The notes under the pieces are model-generated. The model did no database searches and was not told the origin of the DNA. It worked only from the letters and a program-made list of their open reading frames with translations. A DNA stretch of 64,000 nt from Alphaproteobacteria bacterium (GTDB lineage Bacteria; Pseudomonadota; Alphaproteobacteria; MPNO01; UBA830), in NCBI GenBank assembly GCA_965243135.1, contig OZ251539.1, positions 2,528,001 to 2,592,000 of the forward strand, read 5' to 3'. Positions 20,439-29,209 of the stretch are shown here, piece after piece (the stretch's first letter is position 1; each line of letters begins with the position of its first letter). The position numbers were made by a program, and so were the translations under genes.

Positions 20439-21709
20439 AGGACGACGTGCAGATGTCCACCCTTCCGACGAAGCGCCTGAAGTATCTCGTGACGCTTCGA
20501 CGTTCGCCCGTACCGGAAAGCGGGGAAGCGCTTCCGTATATCGGACTTGAAAATATTGGTTCACGGACCGGAAGGCTCGTCGGTGACGCAGAAATCAGCG
20601 GCACAACGACTCCTTTAGCAGACGAGGGGGACAAACCATCGGGAAATTACTTTAAAAGAGGCGATGTGCTTTTTGGAACGCTTCGACCGTATCTTATGAA
20701 GGCATGGGTAGCTGAATTTCCCGGCCGTTGCACGACGGAAGCCCTCGTCATGACTCCTCATGCGATCGAGCCCCGATTCTTACGCAGCGTTTGTCTGTCG
20801 TCTGCGTTCATCGATTCGGTCGATGCGTCAACCTTTGGATCGAAGATGCCTCGCGCTGAATGGAGCTTCATCGGGAATATGCCTGTGCCCGTTCCGACTT
20901 GGAAAAGGCAACATGCCGTCGCCGACTACCTCGATCAAGAGACGGCGCGGCTGGATGCGCTGGTCGCGGCAAAGGAACGCCTGCTGGAGTTGCTTGCGGA
21001 AAAGCGCCAAGCGCTCATCATCCATGCCCTCACTAGAGGCATCGAACTTGGCGCAACGTCTCGCGTTTCCGGCATGTCTTGGCCCGGTGAAATTCCAGCG
21101 CATTGGAGAATGGGCAGACTCAAGGATTTTGGATCCCTTATCGTCGGCGCCGGGTTCTCGCATGAATTTCAGGGCGTCGAGGGAGAGATCCTGCCGTTCT
21201 ACAAGGTTGGAGACCTTGCGACCTCGAGAGACGATCAGCATATTGAACAACCATTGAACACAGTCTCATCTGAGACGGCGACGAGGTCGCGTGCGCGTGT
21301 GGTTCCAGAGGGCGCTTATGCCAAGACAGGAGCGGCACCGTTGTTGAATAGACGCCAGATCACGACATCTCCATGCGTCATTGACAACAACATGACAGCC
21401 GATATCCCAAGCAAAGGGAACCTTACTTCCGGGTGGGCATTCTACTGGACCAGCATCCTCGATTTCGGAATGCTTGCCAATCTGGGGGCCGTGCCTTCAC
21501 TGAGCGAGGGAGATCAAGCGCGAATGCCTATCGCGATTCCACCTGTAGACGAACAACGCGCCATCGTCGACCACCTCGACCGCGAAACGGCACGGCTCGA
21601 CGAACTGGCGGCCAAGACGCGAGAAACCGTCGCGCTGCTCAAGGAACGCCGGACCGCCCTTATCTCGGCGGCGGTCACCGACCAAATGCACGTGGAGAAC
21701 GTCGCGTGA
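20435..21709 (+). CDS. hsdS: Type I restriction-modification specificity subunit S
   Basis: GTGA overlap with hsdM. Two TRDs, each followed by a conserved helix (QHAVADYLDQETARLDAL...LAEKRQALI and EQRAIVDHLDRETARLDEL...LKERRTALISAAVT). Confidence 0.9.
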   Translation: MKDDVQMSTLPTKRLKYLVTLRRSPVPESGEALPYIGLENIGSRTGRLVGDAEISGTTTPLADEGDKPSGNYFKRGDVLFGTLRPYLMKAWVAEFPGRCTTEALVMTPHAIEPRFLRSVCLSSAFIDSVDASTFGSKMPRAEWSFIGNMPVPVPTWKRQHAVADYLDQETARLDALVAAKERLLELLAEKRQALIIHALTRGIELGATSRVSGMSWPGEIPAHWRMGRLKDFGSLIVGAGFSHEFQGVEGEILPFYKVGDLATSRDDQHIEQPLNTVSSETATRSRARVVPEGAYAKTGAAPLLNRRQITTSPCVIDNNMTADIPSKGNLTSGWAFYWTSILDFGMLANLGAVPSLSEGDQARMPIAIPPVDEQRAIVDHLDRETARLDELAAKTRETVALLKERRTALISAAVTDQMHVENVA

Positions 21710-22968
21710 GGGTCGCGCGCCTCGAACTGGCGAATGTCCGCGCGGTCGAGGCGGCCGAGTTTCGCTTCCAAGACGGCTTCAACCTCGTCGTCGGGGTCAA
21801 CGGGGTCGGTAAAACCACCGTCCTCGACGCCTTGGCCGTCTGCCTTTCCGATGTGGTCCGGCGCGTCAACACGCTTCGGAGTCGTACACGGCGTTTCGAG
21901 GTCGGAGACATCCGAATGGGCGCCGGCGCCCTGGATGTCGCATGCGACATCGAAAACGTCGAAAAAAATGAACGGCACAGTTACGCGCTCCATAAGCCTC
22001 GCGAGACCGCCGCGCCACGGGCGAAACAGGCAGGCATGCCTCGCGAACAGGTTCATGATACGCCCGTAAAGGCGGAGTTCGTCGGAGAAGCGCCGCGGGT
22101 CGCCACGGGTAACGAGCCGGAAGGCCGTCCGTTGGCCGTTCTGTTCTCGAGGATCCGGGCGATTCCAGAAAAGGCGCCCGCGAAGGGCACGGCGCCGGGA
22201 GGCTTGGAAGCCGCGTTTGGGGGTGCCCTGTTGAGCCGGTCGCTGCGCCTCGGCGAGCTCGCAGCATGGATACGGGTGCAGGAGGCGTTGAAGCCGGAGC
22301 GGCCCGCGGCGGGGCATGTATTGGATGCCATGGAGGATGCGGTAAGGCGCTTTCTCCCCGGTTTCCGAAACCTGCGCGTGGATGGCGAAGGCGCGAGCGG
22401 CAGTTCCCTCCTGATCGACCGCGATGCCACGACGCTGCCGGTTCGACTGCTCTCGGACGGCGAGCGGGGCGTTCTGGCGATGATGCTCGACCTGACTCGC
22501 CGGTTGGCGCAAGCCAACCCGGAGATGAAAGATCCCGCCGCCGAGGCCGAGGCGATCGTCCTGATCGACGAGATCGAGCTTCACCTCCATCCGGCGTGGC
22601 AGCGACGGATCGTAACCAACCTCACCAAGACATTTCCGAAATGTCAGTTCATCGCGACGACTCATTCGCCGCAGGTGATCGGCGAGGTGGAGCAAGATCG
22701 GATTCAAATCATGGCCGATGGCGAGGTCCATTCGCCAGCCCATTCTTTCGGCGTCGATTCCAGCCGGGTGCTGGAAGAAATCATGGGCGCGCCCCCGAGG
22801 ACGGAAAAGGTGAAAGAGCTGCTTTCGAAGATATCCCGGACGATCGGCAACGATCGGTACGACGACGCCCGCAAACTGTTAGCCGGACTGTCGGGCCACC
22901 TGGGAGAGAACGACCCCGAGGTGACGCGTATCCTGACTCTGCTGGACTTCATGACGAGCGACGCATGA
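21706..22968 (+). CDS. ptuA: ABC/AAA ATPase, PtuA (Septu)-like
   Basis: GTGA overlap with hsdS. Walker A GVNGVGKT, signature LSDGER, Walker B VLIDEIELHLHP, FIATTHSP, C-terminal FGVDSSRVLEEIMG. Confidence 0.8.
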   Translation: MRVARLELANVRAVEAAEFRFQDGFNLVVGVNGVGKTTVLDALAVCLSDVVRRVNTLRSRTRRFEVGDIRMGAGALDVACDIENVEKNERHSYALHKPRETAAPRAKQAGMPREQVHDTPVKAEFVGEAPRVATGNEPEGRPLAVLFSRIRAIPEKAPAKGTAPGGLEAAFGGALLSRSLRLGELAAWIRVQEALKPERPAAGHVLDAMEDAVRRFLPGFRNLRVDGEGASGSSLLIDRDATTLPVRLLSDGERGVLAMMLDLTRRLAQANPEMKDPAAEAEAIVLIDEIELHLHPAWQRRIVTNLTKTFPKCQFIATTHSPQVIGEVEQDRIQIMADGEVHSPAHSFGVDSSRVLEEIMGAPPRTEKVKELLSKISRTIGNDRYDDARKLLAGLSGHLGENDPEVTRILTLLDFMTSDA

Positions 22969-23597
22969 GAGCGATCACGAAGGGACCGGAGCCGCAAAGC
23001 CTCACCGCCCATCGTCAGGCTGCGCATAGCGACTACGGCAACTACCAAGACAAGGACGCGCTTCGGGAAGCCTTGGCGACCGAACAGCGAGGGCTATGCT
23101 GCTACTGCATGGAACGCATCCGACCCGATAAAATGAAGATAGAGCATTGGCGATGTCAGGCCCGTTACCCAGATGAGCAGTTGAGCTATCGCAACCTTCT
23201 CGGCGTCTGCTTGGGCGGTGAAGGGCAACCGCCCCCCTTCCAGCACTGCGACACGAAGAAGGGCGATGCCGACCTGCGCTGGAATCCCGCCAATCCCGCC
23301 CATGCGATCGAAGCGCGGGTGCGATATGATCTCAACGGCACCATCAAATCCGATGATGAGACGTTCAATAATCAGTTGAACGAAATTCTGAATCTCAATC
23401 TTGCCTTTCTCAAAAACAACCGCAAAGTCGTTCTGGATGCCTTGTTACATTGGTACAAGCAGCGGAAACCCGTGTCGCCAAAGATATTCGAAAATCAAAG
23501 AGACAAATACATCGTCGAGGGCGGTGAGCTTACTCCTCACTATCAAGTCGCGGTTTGGTGGCTGCAGCAGAAACTCAGGAGGTGCAGCGATGGGTAG
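22965..23597 (+). CDS. ptuB: HNH endonuclease, PtuB / TIGR02646-like
   Basis: ATGA overlap with the ATPase. MRAITKGPEP, EQRGLCCYC, KIEH, YRNLLGVC, HCDTKKG, LNLN. Confidence 0.8.
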   Translation: MRAITKGPEPQSLTAHRQAAHSDYGNYQDKDALREALATEQRGLCCYCMERIRPDKMKIEHWRCQARYPDEQLSYRNLLGVCLGGEGQPPPFQHCDTKKGDADLRWNPANPAHAIEARVRYDLNGTIKSDDETFNNQLNEILNLNLAFLKNNRKVVLDALLHWYKQRKPVSPKIFENQRDKYIVEGGELTPHYQVAVWWLQQKLRRCSDG

Positions 23598-23649
23598 CGC
23601 GCATGATGCGGAAACGGTCACTCGGACACCAAATCCGGGGCTGTGCGCT

Positions 23650-23817
23650 TCAAGGTTGAACGGGCGGCTTGCGGTCGCGGCAGGTCTCCCGTTCCTCGGC
23701 CGCCAGCCGGACGATGTATTTCTTGTGCATGAAAGCGCCTTTATGTTGCATACATCAAACTTCTCGATAGCAAATACTATACGAAAAGTCTAATTTCTTA
23801 TTTGGATAAAGCATCAG
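23650..23817 (-). mobile_element. IS630-family remnant (one end plus the first ~20 codons of the transposase)
   Basis: Minus-strand ATG at 23730 gives MHKKYIVRLAAEERETC, a typical IS630 N-terminus, preceded by an AT-rich end-like sequence; truncated soon after. Confidence 0.55.
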
Positions 23818-24161
23818 CAATTCCCGTTAAGGCTCTAATCCTTGGAAAATATTAGGTCTCAGAAAAATTTTTCGTAGACTTTTCTAGGTAGTGCGATTTA
23901 CCTTCGAATGAGGGATTTGTCGCGGCGGCTTGTTCATTGGTAATTTCGCTTTCTCGGCGCACCTTCCGGACATGCGGCCGCCTCAGCGGGAATCGCTGAT
24001 AAAACGCTAGCGAGGCTTCGCCTCAGACCCACGAGGCATGCGCGCTCCCCGGACAGGACTCCAGTCGCTGTTCCGCTCTGCGGCCGAAGCCGCGTCCATA
24101 GTCGCACAAAGGCGTCAGTGGCCATGGCCATGTGGGGAACTCATCGACTGGAGTCCATGCC

Positions 24162-25728
24162 GTGAAGATAGCACGATCCGTTGCCGAGGTCCTGTCGGAC
24201 CACACGACCTTGGAGCTCGAATGCATCGACCGCCTTTACCTGAACGTTTACGTTCCCCTGCTGCAGACCGGAGCTGGAGTATCGCACTTCTTCCGCCACA
24301 TCCGGGGCAACCCTGTACCATCATCCGTGCTCATGGAGCCGATGACCCGTCGCTTCGTCAAGGGTTTGGAGCGCTTCGCACGGCAACATGAAATCGATAT
24401 CGTCAAATTCGAGCGCAAGGAACGCAAGGACGACCGCACGAAGGAATACCTAAGTCGGTGGCAAGGCGACGAAGGAATACTGTACATCGGTAAAGCTCAA
24501 GAACGCGCCCGTGTGCTCCGTACCGAACGACGATACGATCCTGTCACGGGCACTCCGTACCCTTGGTTGACCAACAGTACGGCGATGGTGAATCACTATT
24601 ACATTTACATTTTCGACGAAGACTTTGGCCCACTGTTTTTGAAGTTTTGTTCGTACTTTCCATACAATGCCAAGCTCTGTCTGAATGGGCACGAATACCT
24701 CAAGACGCAATTAACAAAGCGCGGCATTGCTTTTGAGGCACTGGATAACGGCATTTTGCGTTGCGACGACCATGAGGTCATGAACGCCATTTCGCAAGAG
24801 ATCACATCGGCATGTATCGACGCCCTGTTACGCAAATGGTTGGCACGTCTGCCGCATCCTTTCACCGCCCAGGATCGCATCCATGGTATTCGTTACGATA
24901 TCTCAATTCTACAAGCCGAGTTCGCACTAACCTGCGTGTTCGACCGACCGATTCAAGGTCGTGTGTTCTTTGAGGAAGTAGGAATGTTGACATTGGCCGT
25001 CCTGACCATGTGCAGTTGATCTTTGAGCGTCGAATCACCAGACGCACTCCCTCACGGTGCCGTGTCATTACCGAAGGTGTTGTGCCCTCGTTGCATGTGG
25101 ACTACAAACACTCCCGTATCAAGCAGTACCATAAGGAAGGCCGTGCGCTAAGAACAGAAACAGTCATTAACGACACTTACGACTTCCGCGTCGGCAGACG
25201 ACTATGCAACCTCGATGCTCTAAAGCAAATCGGCTTCGCAGCCAATCGACGCCTCCTGCGCGTCCAACGCATCAGTCACGACAGCCTTCTCGGAACCGAT
25301 ACCTTCGACCAACTTCATCAACCTGTCATCGTGGACAATCGCCGTGTTTCCGCTCTGCGATTCGGAGAACCTCGTGTCGTTGCTGTCCGCTTTGCTGGCT
25401 TTTCGCCTGCTTCCCGCAGGCTTCGCCAACCGGCAATTACGAGAACATGCGGCACCCCTGATGGGTTTGTCCACCGATGCTTATTCACCTAACCGTGCCA
25501 CATCTACGAAGGCTGCGGTTGCGTGGATTGGTTGAACGCATCCCGCACTCACATCGTTACCGCGTAACCGGAACCGGAATAAGGATTGCCCTATGTTATC
25601 AACGGACCCATCGGCGCGTTCTCAGCCCCGCTCTTGGCGCAGTCTTCGACGAACAAACCGGTCCACTCATCCAGAGATTCGATCACGAGATTCAACGCCT
25701 CTGGGAAGGGCATTCCGTTGCCATGTAA
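24162..25728 (+). pseudogene. Frameshifted gene of an uncharacterised mobile element (putative transposase / Rep-like protein with C-terminal wHTH)
   Basis: Continuous homology across four reading-frame pieces: TLELECIDRLYLNVYVP, VNHYYIYIFDEDFGP...CSYFPY, IKQYHKEGRALRTETVIND, GFANRQLR, LRRLRLRGLVERIPHSHRYRVT. Frameshifts near 24980, 25380 and 25500. Visibly lower GC than the host. Confidence 0.75.
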
Positions 25729-25768
25729 ATTTGGCTCAAATGGAACGTATTCGGTTCTTTCAAGGTGT

Positions 25769-26662
25769 CTAGTCTCCTTCGACCACTACGTTCTCGATTC
25801 CGCCAAGGCCTTCGATCTCGATCCGGCATACGTCGCCGGGAGAAAGGTAGGTGCCGTGCGGATGACCGACTCCGCTTCCGGTGCCGGTCGCGATGACGTC
25901 TCCCGGCAACAGCGTGAAGTGCTCCGAGAGAGCTTCGATCTGCTCGACGATGGTGAACACCATCCATTTCGAATTGCTGTCCTGCTTGAGTTCGCCGTTG
26001 ACCCAGGTGCGAAGCGACAGAGACTGCGGATCTTCGACCTCGCTTTTCGGCGTGATCCAGGGCCCCATCGGCGCGGAACCGTCGAACGATTTCTGCCACA
26101 ACCAGTCGGAACTCATGGCGGGCCAGTCCTCGCGCCTCAGATAGTCGCGGGCGGACAAGTCGTTGATGACGGTGTAGCCGACGACGTGATCCATCGCGTC
26201 GGCCGCGCGGACGTTGCGAGCCGCCTTGCCGATGACGACGGCGATCTCGGCTTCCCAATCGAGTTTTCGCGTTATCCGCGGACGGCGAATCGGCTCGCCG
26301 GTTCCGATCACGCCCTGGGGCGAGATCTTGCTGAAGAAATACGGCTTGATCTTCGACTTGTCGACGTCCCTGCCGCTCATTTCCCGAAAGTGATCCTGAT
26401 AATTCGCGGCGGCGCAGAAAATGTTGGCCGGATAGAGAATCGGCGCGGCGAGGACGAGTTCCGCGAGCGGCCGGCCCGCCTTGCCGCCGGCCGCCAGTTC
26501 CTCCAGACGCGGCGCGGACGCCTCCCAGTCCTGCAGCAGGGACAGCGTGGAACATGCCGCGCCGAAGGCATCGGCGACGTCAATCACCGAATCGTCCCGA
26601 AGCAGACCCGCGCGCGGCTCGTCCGCCGGGTTCGCCCTGTAGCTCAAGAGTCGAAACGACAT
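25769..26662 (-). CDS. Fumarylacetoacetate hydrolase family protein
   Basis: LDWEAEIAVVIG, GYTVINDLSARD, KSFDGSAPMGP, LLPGDVIATGT. Confidence 0.93.
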   Translation of the reverse strand: MSFRLLSYRANPADEPRAGLLRDDSVIDVADAFGAACSTLSLLQDWEASAPRLEELAAGGKAGRPLAELVLAAPILYPANIFCAAANYQDHFREMSGRDVDKSKIKPYFFSKISPQGVIGTGEPIRRPRITRKLDWEAEIAVVIGKAARNVRAADAMDHVVGYTVINDLSARDYLRREDWPAMSSDWLWQKSFDGSAPMGPWITPKSEVEDPQSLSLRTWVNGELKQDSNSKWMVFTIVEQIEALSEHFTLLPGDVIATGTGSGVGHPHGTYLSPGDVCRIEIEGLGGIENVVVEGD

Positions 26663-26689
26663 CGTCCTTTCCTTCCCGCTGCTCCGGAG

Positions 26690-27400
26690 GCGAAACGCTC
26701 GCTCGATTGGACATCGTCGAGGGCAGCCAGAGCGAGAGTACCGGAAACAGGACGATGAACGCCAGCTTGCCGACGTCGGCGACGACGAAAGGAAGCACGC
26801 CCAAGTGGACGGTGGTCAGCGGCGCGTCGGGCGCGACGCTTCTCAAAACGGGCATGTATAAAGGGAGGCGTTATGAGCCCGACTCGATCACGATAACCAT
26901 GACGATCCCCGCCAGACGAGGCTGTAGTCGAGGACGACGGGTACGATCGCGGGCAGCGTGACGACCATGATGCCGAACGAATCCGTCACGCAACCGAGGG
27001 CGAGGTAAACCGCCGACAACAGGGCGATGACGGCGACCGGCGCCATGTCGAGGTTGGCGATCATGCGAACGATGATGTCCGGCACGCCGCTGACGTTCAC
27101 GAAAAACGAGAACGTCAGCGCGCCGAACGTCCCGGCCGCCGCCGATTCGGTCGCGGTGAAAACTCCCGCGTAGAGACCTCCGAACACGAGGGCGAACAGA
27201 CAGATTACCGGGATCGACCGGCGCAGAGCCGCCCGAATCTCCCGCCGCTCGCTCCTATTCGCCGACGGCGTGTCGGCCGCGAACAGCCGCAACGCGATCA
27301 CCGCGAAATACAGCGATACCGTCGGAATCGCCGGAACGATCGCCGCGATGAACAGCTGACCGATCGAAGTCTCGGTGAAAAGAGCGTGGACTAGAATGGC
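26690..27400 (-). pseudogene. TRAP transporter large permease (DctM) remnant
   Basis: TETSIGQLFIAAIVP, FGGLYAGVFTATESAAAG, YLALGCVTDSF, GVLPFVVAD, split across frames with internal deletions and no N-terminus. Confidence 0.75.
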
Positions 27401-27466
27401 GCCGGCACGCCGCGGCGGACGATCCGGCGCGTTGGCCAAGCCCGGCGAAACTGCTATCGACGCGCC

Positions 27467-28222
27467 ATGTGCACCGTCGTCCTGCTGCGTCGTCCCGATC
27501 GCGACTGGCCTCTTCTTCTCGCCGCGAACAGGGATGAAATGGTCGATCGGCCATGGGGTCCGCCCGGCCGCCACTGGTCCGACCGCGGGAACGTCGTGGC
27601 CGGCATCGATCGGCTCGCCGGCGGCACCTGGCTCGGGATCAACGACGAGGGCGTCGTCGCGGGCGTCCTCAACCGCAGGGATTCCCTTGGCCCCGACCCG
27701 TCCTTGCGGTCGCGCGGAGAACTGCCGCTCGAAGCGCTCGACCACGCGGACGCCGCCTGCGCGGCGGACGCGCTTTCCCGCCTCGACGGACGCAGCTACC
27801 GTTCGTTCAACATGGTTATCGCCGACAATCGCGACGCTTTCTGGCTCCGAAGCCGGGCGTCCCCCGCCGGCGCGGTCGAAAAACGCGAGATTCCGTCCGG
27901 GGTCTCGATGCTGACCGCGTGCGACCTGAACGACGCGGCGTCCGAACGCGTCGCCCACTTCCTTCCCCTGTTCGAGGCCGCGCCGGCCCCCGACCCGGAC
28001 GCCGGAGACTGGCGGGCCTGGGAAGCGCTGTTGTCCAGCACGGAACGCAGCGCGCGCGCCGACCCGCGGGACGCGATGCGAATCGCCGGCGACGACGGTT
28101 TCGGCACCCTGTCGAGCGCCCTGATCGGCCTGCCGTCCGTCGAATCCCCGTCCCGCCGACCGGTATGGCTGTTCTCCGCCGGCCCTCCGGGAACCGTCCC
28201 GTTCGAGCCCGTTCGAGCTTAG
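27467..28222 (+). CDS. NRDE/TANGO2 family protein
   Basis: MCTV, AANRDE, DRLAGGTWLG, SRGELP, FGTLSS. Confidence 0.92.
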   Translation: MCTVVLLRRPDRDWPLLLAANRDEMVDRPWGPPGRHWSDRGNVVAGIDRLAGGTWLGINDEGVVAGVLNRRDSLGPDPSLRSRGELPLEALDHADAACAADALSRLDGRSYRSFNMVIADNRDAFWLRSRASPAGAVEKREIPSGVSMLTACDLNDAASERVAHFLPLFEAAPAPDPDAGDWRAWEALLSSTERSARADPRDAMRIAGDDGFGTLSSALIGLPSVESPSRRPVWLFSAGPPGTVPFEPVRA

Positions 28223-28303
28223 CGTCTTTGATTCCCCGCTCGGAACGGCTATATCTCCATTGCAAGCGCAACGCAGCGCCATCTCCCGAACCGAGGCAAT
28301 GTC

Positions 28304-29071
28304 ATGGCCCGTCGCAGACGCATCTACGAAGGCAAGGCGAAAGTTCTGTTCGAAGGACCGGAACCGGGCACCTTGGTCCAATACTTCAAGGACGACGCCA
28401 GCGCGTTCAACAATCGGAAAACCGGCGTCATCACCGGGAAAGGAGTGCTCAACAACCGCATTTCCGAATACCTGATGCTGAGGCTCGGCGAGGTCGGCAT
28501 CCCGACCCACTTGGTGCGCCGCCTGAACATGCGCGAGCAACTGATTCGCGAACTGGAGATCATCCCGGTCGAGGTGGTCGTCCGCAACATCGCCGCCGGC
28601 TCCATCGTCAAGCGGTTCAAGATCGAGGAGGGATCGCCCCTGCCGCGGTCGATCGTCGAGTACTATTACAAGGCCGACGAACTGGACGATCCGATGGTCG
28701 CCGAGGAGCACATCACCGCTTTCGGCTGGGCGACTCCCCAGGAAATGGACGAGGTGATGCATCTGTCGCTGCGGGTGAACGATTTCCTGTCCGGACTGTT
28801 TCTCGCGGTCGGCATCCGGCTGGTCGACTTCAAGCTGGAGTTCGGCCGGTGGTGGAACAACGACGACATGCGGATCGTCGTGGCCGACGAAATCAGCCCC
28901 GACAGCTGCCGGCTGTGGGACGTCTCCACCAACGAAATCATGGACAAGGACCGATTCCGGCGCGACCTCGGGAGCGTCGAGGAAGCCTATCAGGAAGTGG
29001 CCCGCCGCCTCGGCATTCTGCCCGAAAGCGGCAGCCCCGGAGACATGGCCGGTCCTTCGGTAATGCAGTAG
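28304..29071 (+). CDS. purC: Phosphoribosylaminoimidazole-succinocarboxamide synthase
   Basis: [43 protein letters not shown]. Confidence 0.97.
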   Translation: MARRRRIYEGKAKVLFEGPEPGTLVQYFKDDASAFNNRKTGVITGKGVLNNRISEYLMLRLGEVGIPTHLVRRLNMREQLIRELEIIPVEVVVRNIAAGSIVKRFKIEEGSPLPRSIVEYYYKADELDDPMVAEEHITAFGWATPQEMDEVMHLSLRVNDFLSGLFLAVGIRLVDFKLEFGRWWNNDDMRIVVADEISPDSCRLWDVSTNEIMDKDRFRRDLGSVEEAYQEVARRLGILPESGSPGDMAGPSVMQ

Positions 29072-29209
29072 GGGTCGGGAAAACAGGCTCGTCGAGCCTT
29101 GAGGTTTTGACGCCGCTTCGGATAGAGAAGCCTCGCAGCCGCGCGGACAGAGGCTCAGGCCTTTTCCGCTTCGGAAGCCCCGCAGTCCGGCGACGTGCGG
29201 GAACATGCC

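Noticed and set aside
17900-24160. Retron (RT plus msr/msd) associated with PtuAB
   Set aside because: No RT ORF (no YADD/VTG motifs) is in the window and I found no convincing a1/a2 inverted repeats.
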